In this document: positions 36,290-50,900 of the stretch, in pieces
Layout: each line of letters begins with the position of its first letter
Numbering within the stretch: the stretch's first letter is position 1
Source of the DNA: Amphiscolops sp. MND2022
Taxonomy: Eukaryota
Assembly (NCBI GenBank): GCA_964187785.1
Contig: OZ076412.1
Span: 56,420,001 to 56,484,000, forward strand
Direction: 5' to 3'
DNA length: 64,000 nucleotides
The notes under the pieces: model-generated
Told to the model about the DNA's origin: nothing
Seen by the model: only the letters and a program-made list of their open reading frames with translations
The model's database searches: none
Made by a program: the position numbers and the translations under genes

Positions 36290-38110
36290 GCTGAAAACTT
36301 GATACCCAAACTTAATGATATTTGTGAAACCTTGCGTCAAGCATTGCCTTGTAAGGCTTATTGCTCTCTTCTAGAAGCATGTTTTTGGAAAAACCACCTC
36401 GAGGAGGTAAACTTCGGAAGTCATCAATCAGTACAATTACCAACAAGCGTAATCGGGACTGTGTCATTGAGAAAAAACCGAAACTCGACAGAAAACTGCA
36501 GCAGAAAAGCGAGTTAGATCGGTGACAGCGTTCCATTTGCACCTGATTAAACGAAGGTAATGTTAAGGTCGGGATCACAATGGCAGTAGACGGCGACAAG
36601 ATTGCAGATTTCACGGTCGACAACTGTTTCACGGTGAAAAATGTTTTTCAACCTCGGAGTTTTTCGTCCACCAGGCTCTCATGTCCTTCCCCAACGGCTC
36701 TGGTGCAGGCTTGGATGGCATTTCGGTCAAAGTTTTGAAAGATTTGACTGCCAAACCGAACGGGCAAACTGGATTGAATCTTCTCAGAGCCTTAACAAAT
36801 CTTGTGAATGTGATTTTCGAAGGAAAAGTGCCTTTCGAACTTCGGCTTTACTTCTTTTGTGCGAAACTAATTGTGCTAAAAAAGACCTATAGAGGACTTC
36901 GTCCTATCGCTGTAGGCAATTCGTTCTGGCCGATTGTCCGCAAATGGTACTGGATACCATCTCTTCGAATCACGTCAAGTAAGACACGAAAGTCGACAAG
37001 TAGGTGTAGGCACCAAAAGAGGCGCTGAATCGGCCTCACATGTTTTTCGTTGTTTGATAAAAAAACCTCAGCCCAAAGAAAACGTAAATTTGGAAATTGA
37101 CTTCAAAAACGTTTTCAATTCGATAAACCAACAATTCATGCTAGAGAAATTTTTGAAATACAACTTGAAATTTAAAAGTATTCACATTCGGGGTACAGTC
37201 AGCCAAGTTTCTTTTTTTACAGTTATTCTGTAATCAAACCTTGTGAAGGGACCCAGCAAGGAAAGCCTGAGTCTCCAGATTTTTTTTCGGATTCCATTCA
37301 GGATCTGATTGACAGTTTGGAGTCGAAAATGAACTTATGGTACCTTGACGATGGAAGTTTAAATGATGATTACAGAACCGTTTTGAAAGCTCTGAAAAAA
37401 TTGCTGATGCGGAAAAAACGCTGGGACTCAAAATTAAACCTACGAAATGCGAAATTTTTTTCCTTAGTGACGTCACTGAAAATGACGATCACCAATCGTT
37501 CCGAAAACATTGCTCGGGATCAAAACGCCAAAAAAAGATGAACCTATCAATTGTGGTTCACCGCGCGGCCCAAAATCACAGGCAGACGTGTTGGAAAAGT
37601 ACATTTGTGAACTGGAAGAAATTAATGGAATTGATGGAAAACTAGATGCGCAGTATAGTCTTTTTCATGTTGAAAAATTGCTTCAGTCTGCCAAAGCTGT
37701 TGTACTTCCTGAGAACCAGTAGATGTTTTAATCATCCTTGGAAAAGTATGACAAAACCTTACGCTCTCCAAAGTGTGTAACGTAAACAACGACGATATTT
37801 CAGCTGGCTCTGCTGGCTGAACTGGGTGGTCTTGTGGTTTCATCCACATCTTTTTTAGCACTTCTCGCCTTTTTCGCTTCAGCTTTTGGTGCTAGTGATT
37901 TTTTCACGACGGTTTTCTCGGAAACATTCGAAGATGTTTCGTTTACAAAAGCGCTCGAGAAATTGTTGAGTTTGACGAATGAACAGGAAGGTTCTCTCGA
38001 TGGAACCCAGAAAAATTGGATACAACTTGTCTACGTCAAAACCGTCCAATGTTTGATTTCTAGAATGTATGACAAACGTTTGAAAGTTTTTAACGCTCAT
38101 CAAGGCTAAT
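36290..38110 (+). mobile_element. CRE-clade-like non-LTR retrotransposon RT fragment
   Basis: SGAGLDGISVKVLKDL, LKKTYRGLRPIAVG, VGVGTKRGAESASH, IDFKNVFNSI, NLWYLDDGSL, LALLAFFASAFGA. Frameshifted. Confidence 0.85.
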
Positions 38111-38699
38111 TCGGGTCTCAATTTTACTGTTTTGCATAATAAATGCTGCGCACCAATACCACGTCAACAACCGCTGAATATGAATACAATCGTCTGGGAA
38201 AGTTATTTTTTAGCTGATTTCTCGAACAAAGCTGGCTTAGGACGAGTATTATATTATTCCGTTTCTATAAATGTTTGCTCCTGCGAGTGCTGATCCTGAG
38301 ACTTCCCTATGGGAGTCTAACAAAAAACCCACAAATCGATTGGCTCCCGGGAGCTAATCGCGGAATGTTTTTGTAAACAAGAATGTGCATTGGTTGCAGT
38401 AATTGACATGATGATGTTCCTTACGTCTTCGATGTACTTTTTTTTCGTTTTTTACGACATGATTACTGATTGTACACTGAATGTAAGGAGTCTGTAGTTT
38501 TATACATAATCTAATTGTTTTCAGCAAGTCCCGCAGCTTGAAGTAGGGTAGTTTATCGTTAGACTGTAATATCATAACTAAAATACACATATTTGACGTA
38601 TGTTTCCATATAATAACGTACTTAGTTGACTTAATTTGCTCAGATAAAATCCGATCTGGATTTTCGCAATGTGAATTGCATCTTAAATCAGACATCTAT

Positions 38700-39110
38700 A
38701 GAAAATCTATATAAGGATTTTTAGAAAAATTAAAAATGATTAAACGTCAAACGTTCAGATATATTTATGATGAGAAGCAAAATATTGTTATCAAACATAT
38801 CAAAACAAGGGTTGTCGAAGTTCGAGAATCTTAGGTTAACCGACTGTCGGGGTTCGGCAGTAAGATATCCGTAGTAAGAAAGCAACTATCGGGTTTCGAC
38901 GGATCGCATTGGGAAAATAAAGACTTACAGAAAATGGCGGGCTTCGCCAAACTATGACAAATGTAAAGGGTATATAAGCGATATGAGCCATTTGCTTTTC
39001 GCCTTTGTCAAATTCACTGAGTTATTTCTCACACTGAATTCTATCACAAATTAAAATAAACACAACTTCCAAACATTGAATAAACTCTTTTCATATCTAC
39101 GTTTTCATTA
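38700..39110 (+). mobile_element. Probable L1/Tx1-type LINE 3' remnant (duplicated at ~42115-42525)
   Basis: RIGKIKTYRKWRASPNYDKCK..SDMSHLLFAFVKF resembles a decayed C-terminal CCHC (zf-RVT) motif. Confidence 0.4.
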
Positions 39111-39116
39111 AGAGGA

Positions 39117-39452
39117 TGTAACAGTCGTGGCAGGGGAGGTAAAATCCATAAATTGCAAAATCTCAAAAATCATAAACTGAAAAATTTTCGCTGAAATTCT
39201 TTGCTCTCTTCAACAATACTCTTCAACGACTTAGGCATTGCAAACAGTGCCTGACCCGAGACTACGATCCAGACAACAAAAGCTTGAAATTATTGGACTC
39301 TACGTAGTAGAATTATCGTAAGTCTCAGAGTCGACTAAAGAGTATAGAAAAATTGGCGTTCATTTCTTTCTCGAAGGTATTTCAGTTAAACTCTTTCAAA
39401 AACAAAACCAAAAAACAACCAGTCAAATTAAACTACAATTGGTAACGCCACC
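39117..39452 (+). repeat. Gypsy C LTR copy 1 (39117-39437) with PBS-like TGGTAACGCCACC
   Basis: TGTAAC...ACTACA, 321 bp, followed 2 nt later by TGG and then by the leader and gag. Confidence 0.7.
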
Positions 39453-39909
39453 AATTATTAAGACCGGCTACAATCAGAAGTCACGAAGTAAAAGAAACAG
39501 AAGTATTGGATACACTTGAATAAAAAATCAATCCAATAATTGAAGAAAACCATAGTTTTTCATCCTTCAGTTTGTTATATATACTTATTCAGTGAGCACC
39601 ACTGCTAAGATACGACTACACACTGGGAGTCAGGCAAAGTGAAACTACAAACTGGGTGAGGAAACAAAAAGTAAGAACAGAGATTATTAAAACTCTATCT
39701 CGAAAAAGGAATTAGTGGGTTTCTTTGATTCCATAAAAAGCAGCTAGCTTTTGTTACTTGGTCTCTTTCGTGGAGCTAGTTGAAAGCGAAAAGCTCAAAA
39801 AAAGTAACACAACGAATTAACTAAAGCGTCGGGTTGATAGCAGAGCAATGACTACGGGTAGTTCCTAGATGGCATTGAAAGCTACATAACTAATTTCGAG
39901 CTGTTGGCT

Positions 39910-40811
39910 CATCTCCAAAAATGGAGACGAACCGAGATGCGGGACGGAAACGAAATTGAATTAGGTGAACGGCCGCACTATTTTGAACTTAGGCTCCAAA
40001 AATCAGCACTTGATTTCTATTGTACGTTAACAGACGCCCAAAAAGGTAGCTATGATGAAATTGTGAAGGCTTCAAGAATTTAGAAACCAGTGGTGTTCCA
40101 GGGACGGCTAGCAAGACTAATACAGTACCCGGAGAACAACTAACTGATTTTTCGGGGGATTTGCAAAGTTTAGTTATAAAAGAATACCCAGTGGAGTCGA
40201 ATGAGATACGGGACCACCTAGTTTTGCGTGGCTTTTCGGAAGGGATCCACAACAGGCAAGTTAGGCTTGATTTGAGAAAAAACCTAGTTGACGCGGAACT
40301 AAATATTGAGCGGGTTTTAGAGAAAGCGCTGCATCTTGAAGCTGTCAGGAATAATGATGAAGACGAAAAGAAACCCATAGTTACTGTGCTACAACCTGAC
40401 AACACAGAGAGACTTATTCGTTCTGTGAATCAACCAGTTGAGTCTTTGTCCCTCTCGCGGTATTCGCGAAATGACAATCTCAAAAGAAATTCAGAGAGGA
40501 AGAATTTCGGAAGATGTAGCTCCAAGGATAGTTATGCAAGGAGAGGTTATGGGGATCAGGGAAGATAGAGAAGAGGTAGCGAGATGAATATTAGCACAAG
40601 AGTCAGAACCCCAACTGCAGGAAGATCCCCGCAAAGACAGGGAAGATCTCTGTCACGAAAGAGGTTTCCAGAAACTGATCGAGAAGTGGGATTCCGAGAT
40701 GGATGTTGTCGTATCTGCGGGCACAATGGACACTGGGCGAGAGGTTGCAAAAACTGTTTCAAGTGTGGTAGTTCACAGCATTTTAAAAAAGATTGTCCGT
40801 TTTTAAACTAA
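39910..40811 (+). pseudogene. gag: Gypsy C gag, duplicate copy
   Basis: Same as 43323-44230, with knuckles CRICGHNGHWARGC and CFKCGSSQHFKKDC. Confidence 0.85.
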
Positions 40812-40960
40812 GACAGGCTAATGTGGAAATGGCCTCACATTTGCCTAACTGTAACATGGCCATAATGGAAGTAACAGCCAACGAGACAACAGAGCAAACT
40901 CAAGCTTCGTATATGACATTCCTCATACAAGAAAAAACGACAAAGGCACAAGTTGAAAGG

Positions 40961-41560
40961 AATGCCAAAGAAATATGAACCTATCAATCGTGGTTCACCG
41001 CTCGGCTCAAAATCACAGGCAGACTTTTTGGAAATGTAAATTAGTGAACTGGAAGAGATTAGTGGAATTGTTGGAAAACTAGACGCGCAGTATGGTTTTT
41101 TCATGTTGAAAAATTGCTTCAGTCTGATAAAGCTGTTGTACTTCCTGTGAACCAGTAGATGTTTTAATCATCCAGCTCTCTTGGTCAAGTATGACAAAAC
41201 CGTACGCTCTCCAAAGTGTGTAACGTAAACAACGACGATATTTCGAGTACTCAGCTGGCTCTGCCGGCTGAACTGGGTGGTCTTGGGGTTTCATCCACAT
41301 CATTATTAGCACTTCCCGCCTTTTTGGCTTCAGCTTTTGGTGCTAGTGATTTTTTCACGACAATTTTCTCGGAAACATTCGAAGATGTTTTGTTTACAAA
41401 AGCGCTCGAGATATCGTTGAGTTTGACGAATGAACAGGAAGGTTCTCTCGATGGAACCCAGAAAAATTGGATACAATCTGTCTACGTCAAAACCGCCCAA
41501 TATTTGATTTCTAGAACGTATGACAAACGTTTGAAAGTTTTTACCGCTCATCAAGGCTAA
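40961..41560 (+). mobile_element. Duplicated CRE-like RT fragment
   Basis: TQLALPAELGGLGVSSTSLLALPAFLASAFGA; a copy of 37524-38110. Confidence 0.85.
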
Positions 41561-42531
41561 TTCGGGTCTCAATTTTACGGTTTTGCATCTTAAATGCTGC
41601 GCACCAATACCACGTCAACAACCGCTGAATATGAATATAATCCTCTGGGAATGATATCTTTTAGCTGATTTCTCAAACGAAGCCGGCTTAGGACGAGTAT
41701 TATAGAATTCTGTTTCTATAAATGTTTAAATCTGCGATTGCTGATCCTGAGAGACTTCCCTATGGGAGTCTAACAAAAAACCTACAAGTCGATTGACTCC
41801 CGGATGTGCATTGTTTGCAGTAATTGACATGATGATGTTCTTTACGTCTCCGATGTCCTTTCGTTTTTTACGATATGGTTACTGATTCTACACTGAATGT
41901 AAGGAGTCTGGAGTTTTATACATAATCCAATAGTTTTCAGCAAGTCCCGCAGCTAGAAGTAGGGTAGTTTACCGTTAGACTGTAAAATCATAACTGAAAT
42001 ACACATATTTGACGTATGTTTCCATATAATGACGTATTTACTTGACTTAATTTGCTCAGATAAAAACCGATCTGGATTTTCGCAATGTGAATTACATCTT
42101 AAATCAGACATGTATAGAAACCCTATATAAGGAATTTTAGAAAAATTAAAAATGATTAAACGTCAAACGTTCAGACATATTTATGATGAGAAGCAAAATA
42201 TTGTTATCAAACATATCAAAGCAAGGGTTGTCGGGGTTCGACAATCTTATGTTAACCGACTGTCGGGGTTCGGCAGTAAAATATCCGTAGTAAATAAGCA
42301 ACTGTCGGGTTTCAACGGATCGCATTGGGAAAATAAAAACTTACAGAAAATGGCGGGCTTCGCCAAACTATGACAAATGTAAAGGGTATATAAGCGATAT
42401 GAGCCATTTGCTTTTGGCTTTTTCAAATTCACTGAGTTTTTTCTCACACTGAATACTATCACAAATTAAAATAAACACAACTTCCAAACATTGAATAAAC
42501 TCTTTTCATATTTACGTTTTCATTAAGAGGA

Positions 42532-42867
42532 TGTAACAGTCGTGGCAGGGGAGCTAAAATCCATAAATTGCAAAATCTCAAAAATCATAAACTGAAAAAT
42601 TTTCGCCGAAATTCTTTGCTCTCTTCAACAAAACTCTTCAACGACTGAGGCATTGCAAACAGTGCCTGACCCGAGAATACGATCCAGACAACAAACGCCT
42701 GTAATTAGTGGACTCTACGTAGTAGAATTACCGTAAGTCTCAGAGTCGACTAAAGATTATAGAAAATTTGGCGTTCTTATTTTTCTCAAAGGTATTTCAT
42801 TTAAACTCTTACAAAAACAACATCAAAAAACAACCAGTCAAATTAAACTACAATTGGTAACGCCACC
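42532..42867 (+). repeat. Gypsy C LTR copy 2 (42532-42852) with PBS-like site
   Basis: 321-bp copy of 39117-39437. Confidence 0.7.
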
Positions 42868-43322
42868 AATTATTGAGACCGGCTACAATCAGAAGTCACG
42901 AAGTAAGAGCAACAGAATTATAGGATACAGTTAAAAAAAAAACAAATCCAATAATTGAAGAAAACCATAGTTCCTCATCCTTCAGTTTGTTATATATACT
43001 TATTCAGTGAGCACCACTGCTAAAATACGACTGAACAGTGGGAGTCAGGCAAAGTGAAACTACAAACTGGGTGAGGAAACAAAAAGTAAGAACAGAGATA
43101 ATTAAAATTCTATCTCGAAAAAGGAATCAGTGGGTTTCTTTGATTCCATAAAAAGCAGCTAGCTTTTGTTACTTGGTCTCTTTCGTGGAGCTAGTTGAAA
43201 GCGAAAAGCCTAAAAAAGTAACACAACGAATTAACTAAAGCGTCGGGTTGATAGCAGAGCAATGACTACGGGTAGTTCCCAGATGGCATTGAAAGCTACA
43301 TAACTAATTTCATTTCGAGCTG

Positions 43323-44230
43323 TTGGCTCATCTCCAAAAATGGAGACGAACAGAGATGCGGGACGGAAACGAAATTGAATTAGGTGAACGGCCGCACTAC
43401 TTTGAACTTAGGCTCCAAAAATCAGCAATTGATTTCTATCGTACATTAACAGACGCCCAAAAAGGTAGCTATGATGAAACTTTGAAGGCTTCAAGAACTA
43501 AGAAACCTCTGGTGTTCTGGGGACAGCTAGCAAGACTAATACAGTACCCGGAGAACAAATAACTAATTTTTTGTGGGATTTGCAAAGTTTAGCTCTGAAA
43601 GAAAACCCAGTGGAGTCGAATGAGATACAGGACCACCTAGTTTTGCGTGGCTTATTGGAAGGGATCCACAACTGTCAAATTAGGCTTGATTTGAGAAAAA
43701 ACCTAGTTGACGCGGAACTAACTATTGAGCGGGTACTAGAGAAAACGCTGTATCTTGAAGCTGTCACGAGAATTGAGGATGACGGGAAGGAACCCAGAGT
43801 TGCTGTGCTACAACCTGACAACACAGAGAGACTTATTCGTTCAGTGAATCAACTAGCTGAGTCTTTGTCACTTTGGCCGGAATCGCGAAATGTCAATCTC
43901 AAAGGAAATTCAGAGAGGAAGATTTTCGGAAAATGTAGCTCCATGGATAGTTATGCAAGGAGAGGTTATGGGGATCAGGGAAGACAGGAAAGAGGTAGCG
44001 AGATGAATATTAGCACAAGAGTCAGAACCCCAACTGCAGGAAGATCCCTGCAAAGACAAGGAAGATCTCTGTCACGAAAGAGGTTTCCAGAAACTGATCG
44101 AGAAGTGGGATTCCGAGATGGATGTTGTCGTATCTGCGGGCCTAATGGACACTGGGCGAGAGATTGCAAAAACTGTTTCAAGTGTGGTAGTTCACAGCAT
44201 TTTAAAAAAGATTGTCCGTTTTTAAACTAA
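43323..44230 (+). pseudogene. gag: Gypsy C gag
   Basis: DHLVLRGLLEGIHN capsid-like segment and two CCHC knuckles; one frameshift. Confidence 0.88.
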
Positions 44231-44369
44231 GACAGGCTAATGTGGAAAATGCCTCACATTTGCCTAACTGTAACATGGCCATAATGGAAGTAACAGCCAT
44301 CGAGAAAACAGAGAAAACTCAAGCTTTGTATATGACATTCCTCATACAAGAGAAAATGACAAAGGCACA

Positions 44370-47300
44370 AGTAGACAGTTGAAGTAGCGTCTCATTAATC
44401 AGTTGGTCTCGCCTAAACACACTAGGAAGAGCTACAACGGAAAAATTTTAACAGCAAATAAAACACAGCTAACAGTGAAAGGAAAACCATAGCTAATTGT
44501 GCTGTTAGAAAAGTTTTCACCCGAGTTTCGGGTTGAGTTTCTGAATCATCAGTGGACATTTTCGATTGCCTTTTAGGACACAATTTTCTCACAGAACTTG
44601 ATTGTATTTTGTATATCAAACCAAAACATCTCTTCTGCGGGAAGACTAATAAGTCATTGGAATTAAAGTCAAGCGTGCAAAACACTGGTACCTTGTTTTT
44701 AATTGTCCGCTCAACACAAATAATACCTTCAAGAAGCAAAAATTTGCTCCAATGTGAACTACGGGACGAGCAAGGAACACGTGTAAAAGGTTTCCATGGA
44801 TGATGAATCCTTTAGAATCATACCAGGAGGCAACAGGGTTTAGGTAGCACAGTCACTGGTAAAAGACAGTGACGAAAATTGTTGGGAACGATTTTTGAAT
44901 ATCCACGACCAGGATAATGTAACGTAGACAATGTCCCGTGTCGGGAACTTGGAAGAAGCGGATATTGAGCATCAAGTTTTTTCACTTCAAGCAAAAAAAT
45001 CTGCTAGAATTTTTACTGGAAGCTTCAACTTTGAAAAACACGTAAACATTAACAGTGTTCATCTGACAAAAGATCAACCGGACGCGGTAAAAGTCTGTGC
45101 CAAATGTACGCGAAAAATTTTCCGAAAAACTCCCACAATTGAGGATTTAATATTCAAATAGAACGTCCAATCAAGCTCAAATCAAACGCTGGGCCGTTTC
45201 GTACAGCGTATGGAAACATGAGTTTTGACAAACGCAAAACCATGAAAAAAAATTGGAAGGATTAGCGGAAGCTGATCTAATAACACCAACCATTTCGGAC
45301 TGGGCAACACCCAGTATTTTATTTCCAAAGAAAGACGGACAGCACCGTCTTGTCGTAGACTACCGTGGACTCAACAAACAAATAGAGAAGACATGCTAGC
45401 CGCTGCCTAGAATCAACGACGTGATCGATTCCCTTGAAGCGAACATGTTTTTCAAGAGCATTGACTTGACATCGGGACTTTTTCAGATGGCTCTGAAAGA
45501 GGACAGTCTGAATCTGAATAGAGTCTAAATCTGAATCTGAATCAGTGAATAGAGTACTGCCTTCATCCCGCCTATGGGCTTCTACAAATGGAAGCGATTA
45601 CCCATGGGACTCGCTTTTTCGCTAGGGGTTTTTCAAAACTTGATGGAGCTGATTTTCAGTAGTTTATCATACGAAGTAGCGCTTGTTTGCCTAGATGATA
45701 TTTTCGTGTAGGTAAAAACTTTGAGGAGCACCTAGAAAGACTGGAGCTTGTTTTCGGAAGACTGGAGAAAAGTGGACTGGAAATCAAAGGATCAAAATGC
45801 ATTTTGTTTTCAAAAAAGAATATGTTTTTTGGGCCACGTCATCTCAGGGAAAGGAGTTGAAGTGGACCAAGAGAAAATGAAAGCAGTAAAAAATGAAAGC
45901 AACCATTTAAAGGAAGTGAGGGCAAATCTTGGAATAATAGGGTTTTATAGGACGTTTATTCCGGTTTTTGAAAAAACTTCAGAACCCCTCTGTAACCATT
46001 TGAAAAAAAAAAGAGGAGAAGTTCGTCTGGACCAACGAATGTGAGAGTGTTCTGAAAGAATTGAAAAACAAACTGTTCACCGCGCCTATAGTGGGTTACC
46101 CCAACAACCGAGATGATTTTACGCTAACTACAGACTCCTCTTTGACAGGAATTGGTGGCATTTTGACACCGAGACAAAACGGGGTGGATAGAGTAATTGC
46201 ACATGCCAGCAAAACACCCAACAAAAGCCAAAGAAATTACTCAGCATTAAAAAGGGAATGGTTCACGGTTGTGTCTTTCACAAATCATTTCGGAACGTAT
46301 CTGTTGGGGCGGAAAATTGTTATTGTAATCGGCCATCGGGATTTGGTTTAGTTGTATACTTCCAAGAACCATTAAGGCATGATAGCAAGATGTTTGGAGA
46401 AATTGGGACAATTTGACTTCAACATAAAACACAACGCAGGAAAGGACATCCCACATGCGGACTGTTTATCAAGAATTCAACCTTAACAAGAGGACACAAC
46501 AGCTTTTATCGCTGTGCTTTAATATTTGAAGCAATTATTCATGAACAACCAGACAACCATTGGATGGTACTCCAGAACACGGACAGCAGAAAGCTTCAGA
46601 GGAAGCAGCAAGAGCATAAAAATCTGGCAAAAGTTTTCTCATGGCTCAAAAATAGTTAGCACCCTGACAGTCGGGCATGCCCGGGCGTCTAAAGTGTTAT
46701 GGAAGTATTGGGTCAATTTTAAGAATTCTTGCTGTTTTGCTGCAACTAGCTGTTGCTGAGTCTCAGATTCCACATATTTTACCTTTACTGTACGAGTCTA
46801 CGAGTCTCCGTGTACGGGCCACCTGGGAATCGAGAAAACCTATCACAGAGCGCAAGAACCATTTTTTAGCCAGTTATGTAAAGGGACGTGAGCGAATGGG
46901 TTAACTGTTGTAGAGAGTGTCTTAAAAGGAAAGGAACACCGCAAAAGCATCGCCACAGTCTCACTACATGGAAGGCCAGTCATTCTTATTGGCAAGTATC
47001 AATGGACGTCATGTGACCTCATCCTGACTCTCAAGGTTGTAGACACATTCTCCTAATTGGCAATCAATTCAGTAAGTGAGCTGATGCCGTGGAAATGCCG
47101 AATCAAGAAACAAAAACAGTTGCCGAAGCTCTAATTGAAAAATGGATCACACGTTTTAGGTGCACTCTCAATTTTCATAGTGATAAACGAACGAACTTCG
47201 CGTCAGAGTTATTTCGAGAACTTTGTCGTATCTTGGGTATACAAAGAACGTCAACAACATCGTTTCATCCGGAAGGAAATGCAATGATTGAGTGAACCAA

Positions 47301-47900
47301 CAGGACATTGGAGGAAAGCATTTCTAAACATGTGATTGAACATCAGCATGACTGGAGAAACTACCTGCAATTGATAATAATGGTCTACCGTTCTTCGGTA
47401 CATGCAGTAACAAAGTACAGTCCTGCATACGTCATATTTGAGACACCTCTAAAACTGCCAGTTGATTGTATGTAGGGGACGCGTCTTTCAGAGTCATACC
47501 CAACACCTAGTGATTTCATATTTAAAACAAGGGGTGAGCTACAGAAAGCACATCATTGGATCAGGATTCAGATGGAAGTAGAACAACTAGACAAAAAACC
47601 TATTACGACTACCACGCATATGGGCCCACATACCGAGAAGGACAGCAAGTTCTTGTCTTTATCCCAACAGTAAAAAAAGGAGGAACAAAAAAGTTAACAT
47701 CTTACAACAAAGGACTTTACAAAATTGTTGAAAATTTTAACTTCCCAATTTTCGGGTTTGTCATGATGAGACAAAACAATTATAAAGGTGCCTTACGATA
47801 GATTGAAACAATATAGGTTTAGGGAGCATCTGTCATTATAATTGAATTTAGGAGACAAAGAGTGTTGGAGGAAAAATCATTAGGCGAAGAAGTTGACGAT
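44370..47900 (+). pseudogene. pol: Gypsy C pol (protease, RT, RNase H, integrase), decayed
   Basis: VDS*SSVSLI, LVVDYRGLN, PLPRIND, SIDLTSGLFQM, CLDDIF, FTLTTDSS, IAHASKT, IPHADCLSR, HPEGNAMIE, YRSSVHAVT. Confidence 0.9.
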
Positions 47901-50900
47901 GACTTCATTGAAACTGAAGTCGAACAAACAAACGAAGCAGAAAGGAACGAACAGAGAGAAAATTTTCAAAAGGAAAACCCTGAGACAGCTGATCCACACA
48001 ATGATGCCATAACCGTTTAAGAAGATACTAACGAGAGACCGTATAGCGAGTGTTCAATAAGGACGGAAGTAGCAATCAAATAGATAACTTGTCGACCGAA
48101 ATAATTAAACCAAAAAATCAAAACAAAAAATGAAAAACATTCCACCTCATAGAGAAGAAAGCACGCGTATCCGAACCGTACCGTAACGCTTTGCTGACTA
48201 CTTTGTGGATAACCCTGATAACGACAATTTCAATACGTTTTTACTTCGACAAACAAGTAAAGCACAATGGCAAATGAAAGCAAACCTAACAAAGAGAGTA
48301 AGCAGGCACTAAAGTTCTGCGCGTTCATGGCAATCTGTTGGAATGTCACAATGAGCGAAGAAATAAGAACAGTGGGATATGATTTGGCCCAGATTTTGAC
48401 AACATCAGTGTTTTCGCTTTCTGAACAACAAGCTGGATGTTCGCGAGATTCGAGAGCAAGAAGGAACGTAATGAAGGCTACGATTCTTTCTCATGAAATC
48501 AATACGGAATTAGAGTTGAGGTTTTGTCATTATCAAGCGTCATATACAATACAACAAACAGAGCAATTCAAGGTTTCCGATAACGGATTATACTTACACC
48601 AAGAATTGAAAGCTCTACAAACGTTTTACCTCTTGTGGGTAGATTTATGTCAGTCTGTATGGACTGGAGAGGTTTTCAAGATACCGAATTTTGGTTACCA
48701 AGAATTCAACCTTAGCATTGCTGAATGAAATAAGATACTAGTCACAAAACAGAAATCACGGATACGTTTGTTGACTACTCAGCGATGTTTATGAAGAGGA
48801 AAGGGCGTGGAATTGGCTATGCACATCCTGTGGAGTGGACCACACGTCTAGGAGAAACAATTGTTGGTTCTGTGATGATCAAAGAACGTCTAGCGTTAGG
48901 TAAAAATTACGCCAATAAAAGAATGCAAATGGACAAGTTTCTAATCACTTGGACACACTTTTGGTAAAGAACATTCAAGGATTGACATTGTGGCGGATTT
49001 TGAACATGATTTTGTGGTTTACCTGACGAAACTACAACGGAATAATCTGGTCAAAATTGGTTACCATATCGGAGGTGAATCAAAAGGTCGAATTCTGTGT
49101 GCCGAAGAGTACTTAAGTGGCGGATTTCATTAACACTGACAAACAGAAACAATTTGCACTTGAAATGGATAATTCGCCCACGATAATATGCAAAAAAAAT
49201 CTGTGAATCCTACAAAAATACAAAACATTTACGTCATACCTGAAAACTGGAATTCAGAAATTCAGGAATTGGATATGGCGATATCAAAAAATGAATCGTT
49301 GGAGGTACAACTCCAATCAGGGAAGAAGCATATCAACACGGGAACGTTTCTCAGTTGTGTATTTCACAAATCATTTCGGAACGTATCTGTTGGGGCGGAA
49401 AATTGTTATTGTAACCGGCCATCGGGATTTGGTTTGGTTGTACAGTTTCAAGGACCCGGAAGGCATGATAGCAAGGTGTTTGGAGAAAGGGGACAATTTG
49501 ACTTCGAAATAAAACACAACGCAGGAAAAGACATCCCACATGCGGACTGTTTATTAAGAGTTCAACCTGAACTAGAGGATACAACAGTTTTTATCGCTGC
49601 ATTAACATTTGAAGAAAACGTTCATGAACAAGCAGACAACCCTTGGATGTTACTCCAGAACACGGACAACAGAAATCTTCAGAGGAAGCAGCAAGAGCAT
49701 CTGGCGAAAGTCTTCTCATGGCTCAAAAATAAACAGCGCCGTGACAGTCGGGCATGTCCGGGCGTCTAAAGAGTTATGGAAGTATTGGGTCAATTTTAAG
49801 AGTTCTTGCTGTTGTGCTGCAACTAGCTGTTGCTGAGTCCCAGATTCCACACATTTTACCGTTACTGCACGAGTCTCCGTGTACGGGCCACCTGGGAATC
49901 GAGCAAACCTATCACAGAGCGCAAGAACAGTTTTTTGGCCAGGTATGTGAAGGGACGTGAGCGAATGGGTTAACTGTTGTAGTGAGTGTCTTAAAAGGAA
50001 AAGAACACCACAAAACCATCGCCACAGTCTCACTATATGGAAGGCCAGTCACCCTTATTGGCAAGTATCAATGGACGTCATGTTACCTCATCCTGACTCT
50101 CAAGGTTGTAGACACATTCTCCTAATTGGCGTTCAATTCAGTAAGTGAGCTGATGCCATGGGAATGCCGAATCAAGAAGCAAAAACAGTTGCCGAAGCTC
50201 TAGGTGAAAATGGATCACAGGTTTTAGGTGCACTCTCAATCTTCATAGTGATAAACGAACGAACTTCGTGTCAGAAATATTTCGAGAACTTTGTCGTATC
50301 TTGGGTATACAAAGAACGTCAACAACATCGTTTCATCCGGAAGGAAATGCAATGATTGAGCGAACCAACAGGACATTGGAGGAAAGCATTTCTAAATATG
50401 TGATTGAACATCTGCATGACTGGAGAAACTACCTGCAATTGATAATAATGGCCTACCGTTCTTCGGTACATGCAGTAACAAAGTATAGTCCTGCATACGT
50501 CATATTTGAGACACCTCTAAAACTGCCAGTTGATTGTATGTAGGGGACGCGTCATTCAGAGTCATACCCAACACCTAGTGATTTCATATTTAAAACAAGG
50601 GGTGAGCTACAGAAAGCACATCATTGGATCAGGATTCAGATGGAAGTAGAACAACTAGACAAAAAACCTATTACGACTACCACGCATATGGGCCCACATA
50701 CCGAGAAGGACAGCAAGTTCTTGTCTTTATCCCAATAGTAAAAAAAGGAGGAACAAAGAAGTTAACATCTTACTACAAAGGACTTTACAAAATTGTTGAA
50801 AATTTTAACGACCCAATTTTCGGGTTTGTCATGATGAGACAAAAAAATTATAAAGGTGCATTACGATAGATTGAAACAAAATAGGTTTAGGGAGCATCTG

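Larger units (their letters stand above)
37524..44383. repeat. Tandem duplication 1, unit ~3.43 kb (37524-40957 and 40958-44383)
   Basis: The CRE 3' part, LINE tail, LTR (39117/42532), leader and gag each appear twice, colinearly, with many substitutions between copies. Confidence 0.93.

Noticed and set aside
39110-39116. AAGAGGA as a PPT, making the 39117 LTR a 3' LTR
   Set aside because: It is short, the upstream DNA looks like a LINE tail rather than Gypsy internal sequence, and a PBS-like site and gag follow the LTR.
39117-42852. Complete gag-only LTR element bounded by two 321-bp LTRs
   Set aside because: The repeat extends far beyond the LTRs on both sides; it is a product of tandem duplication 1.
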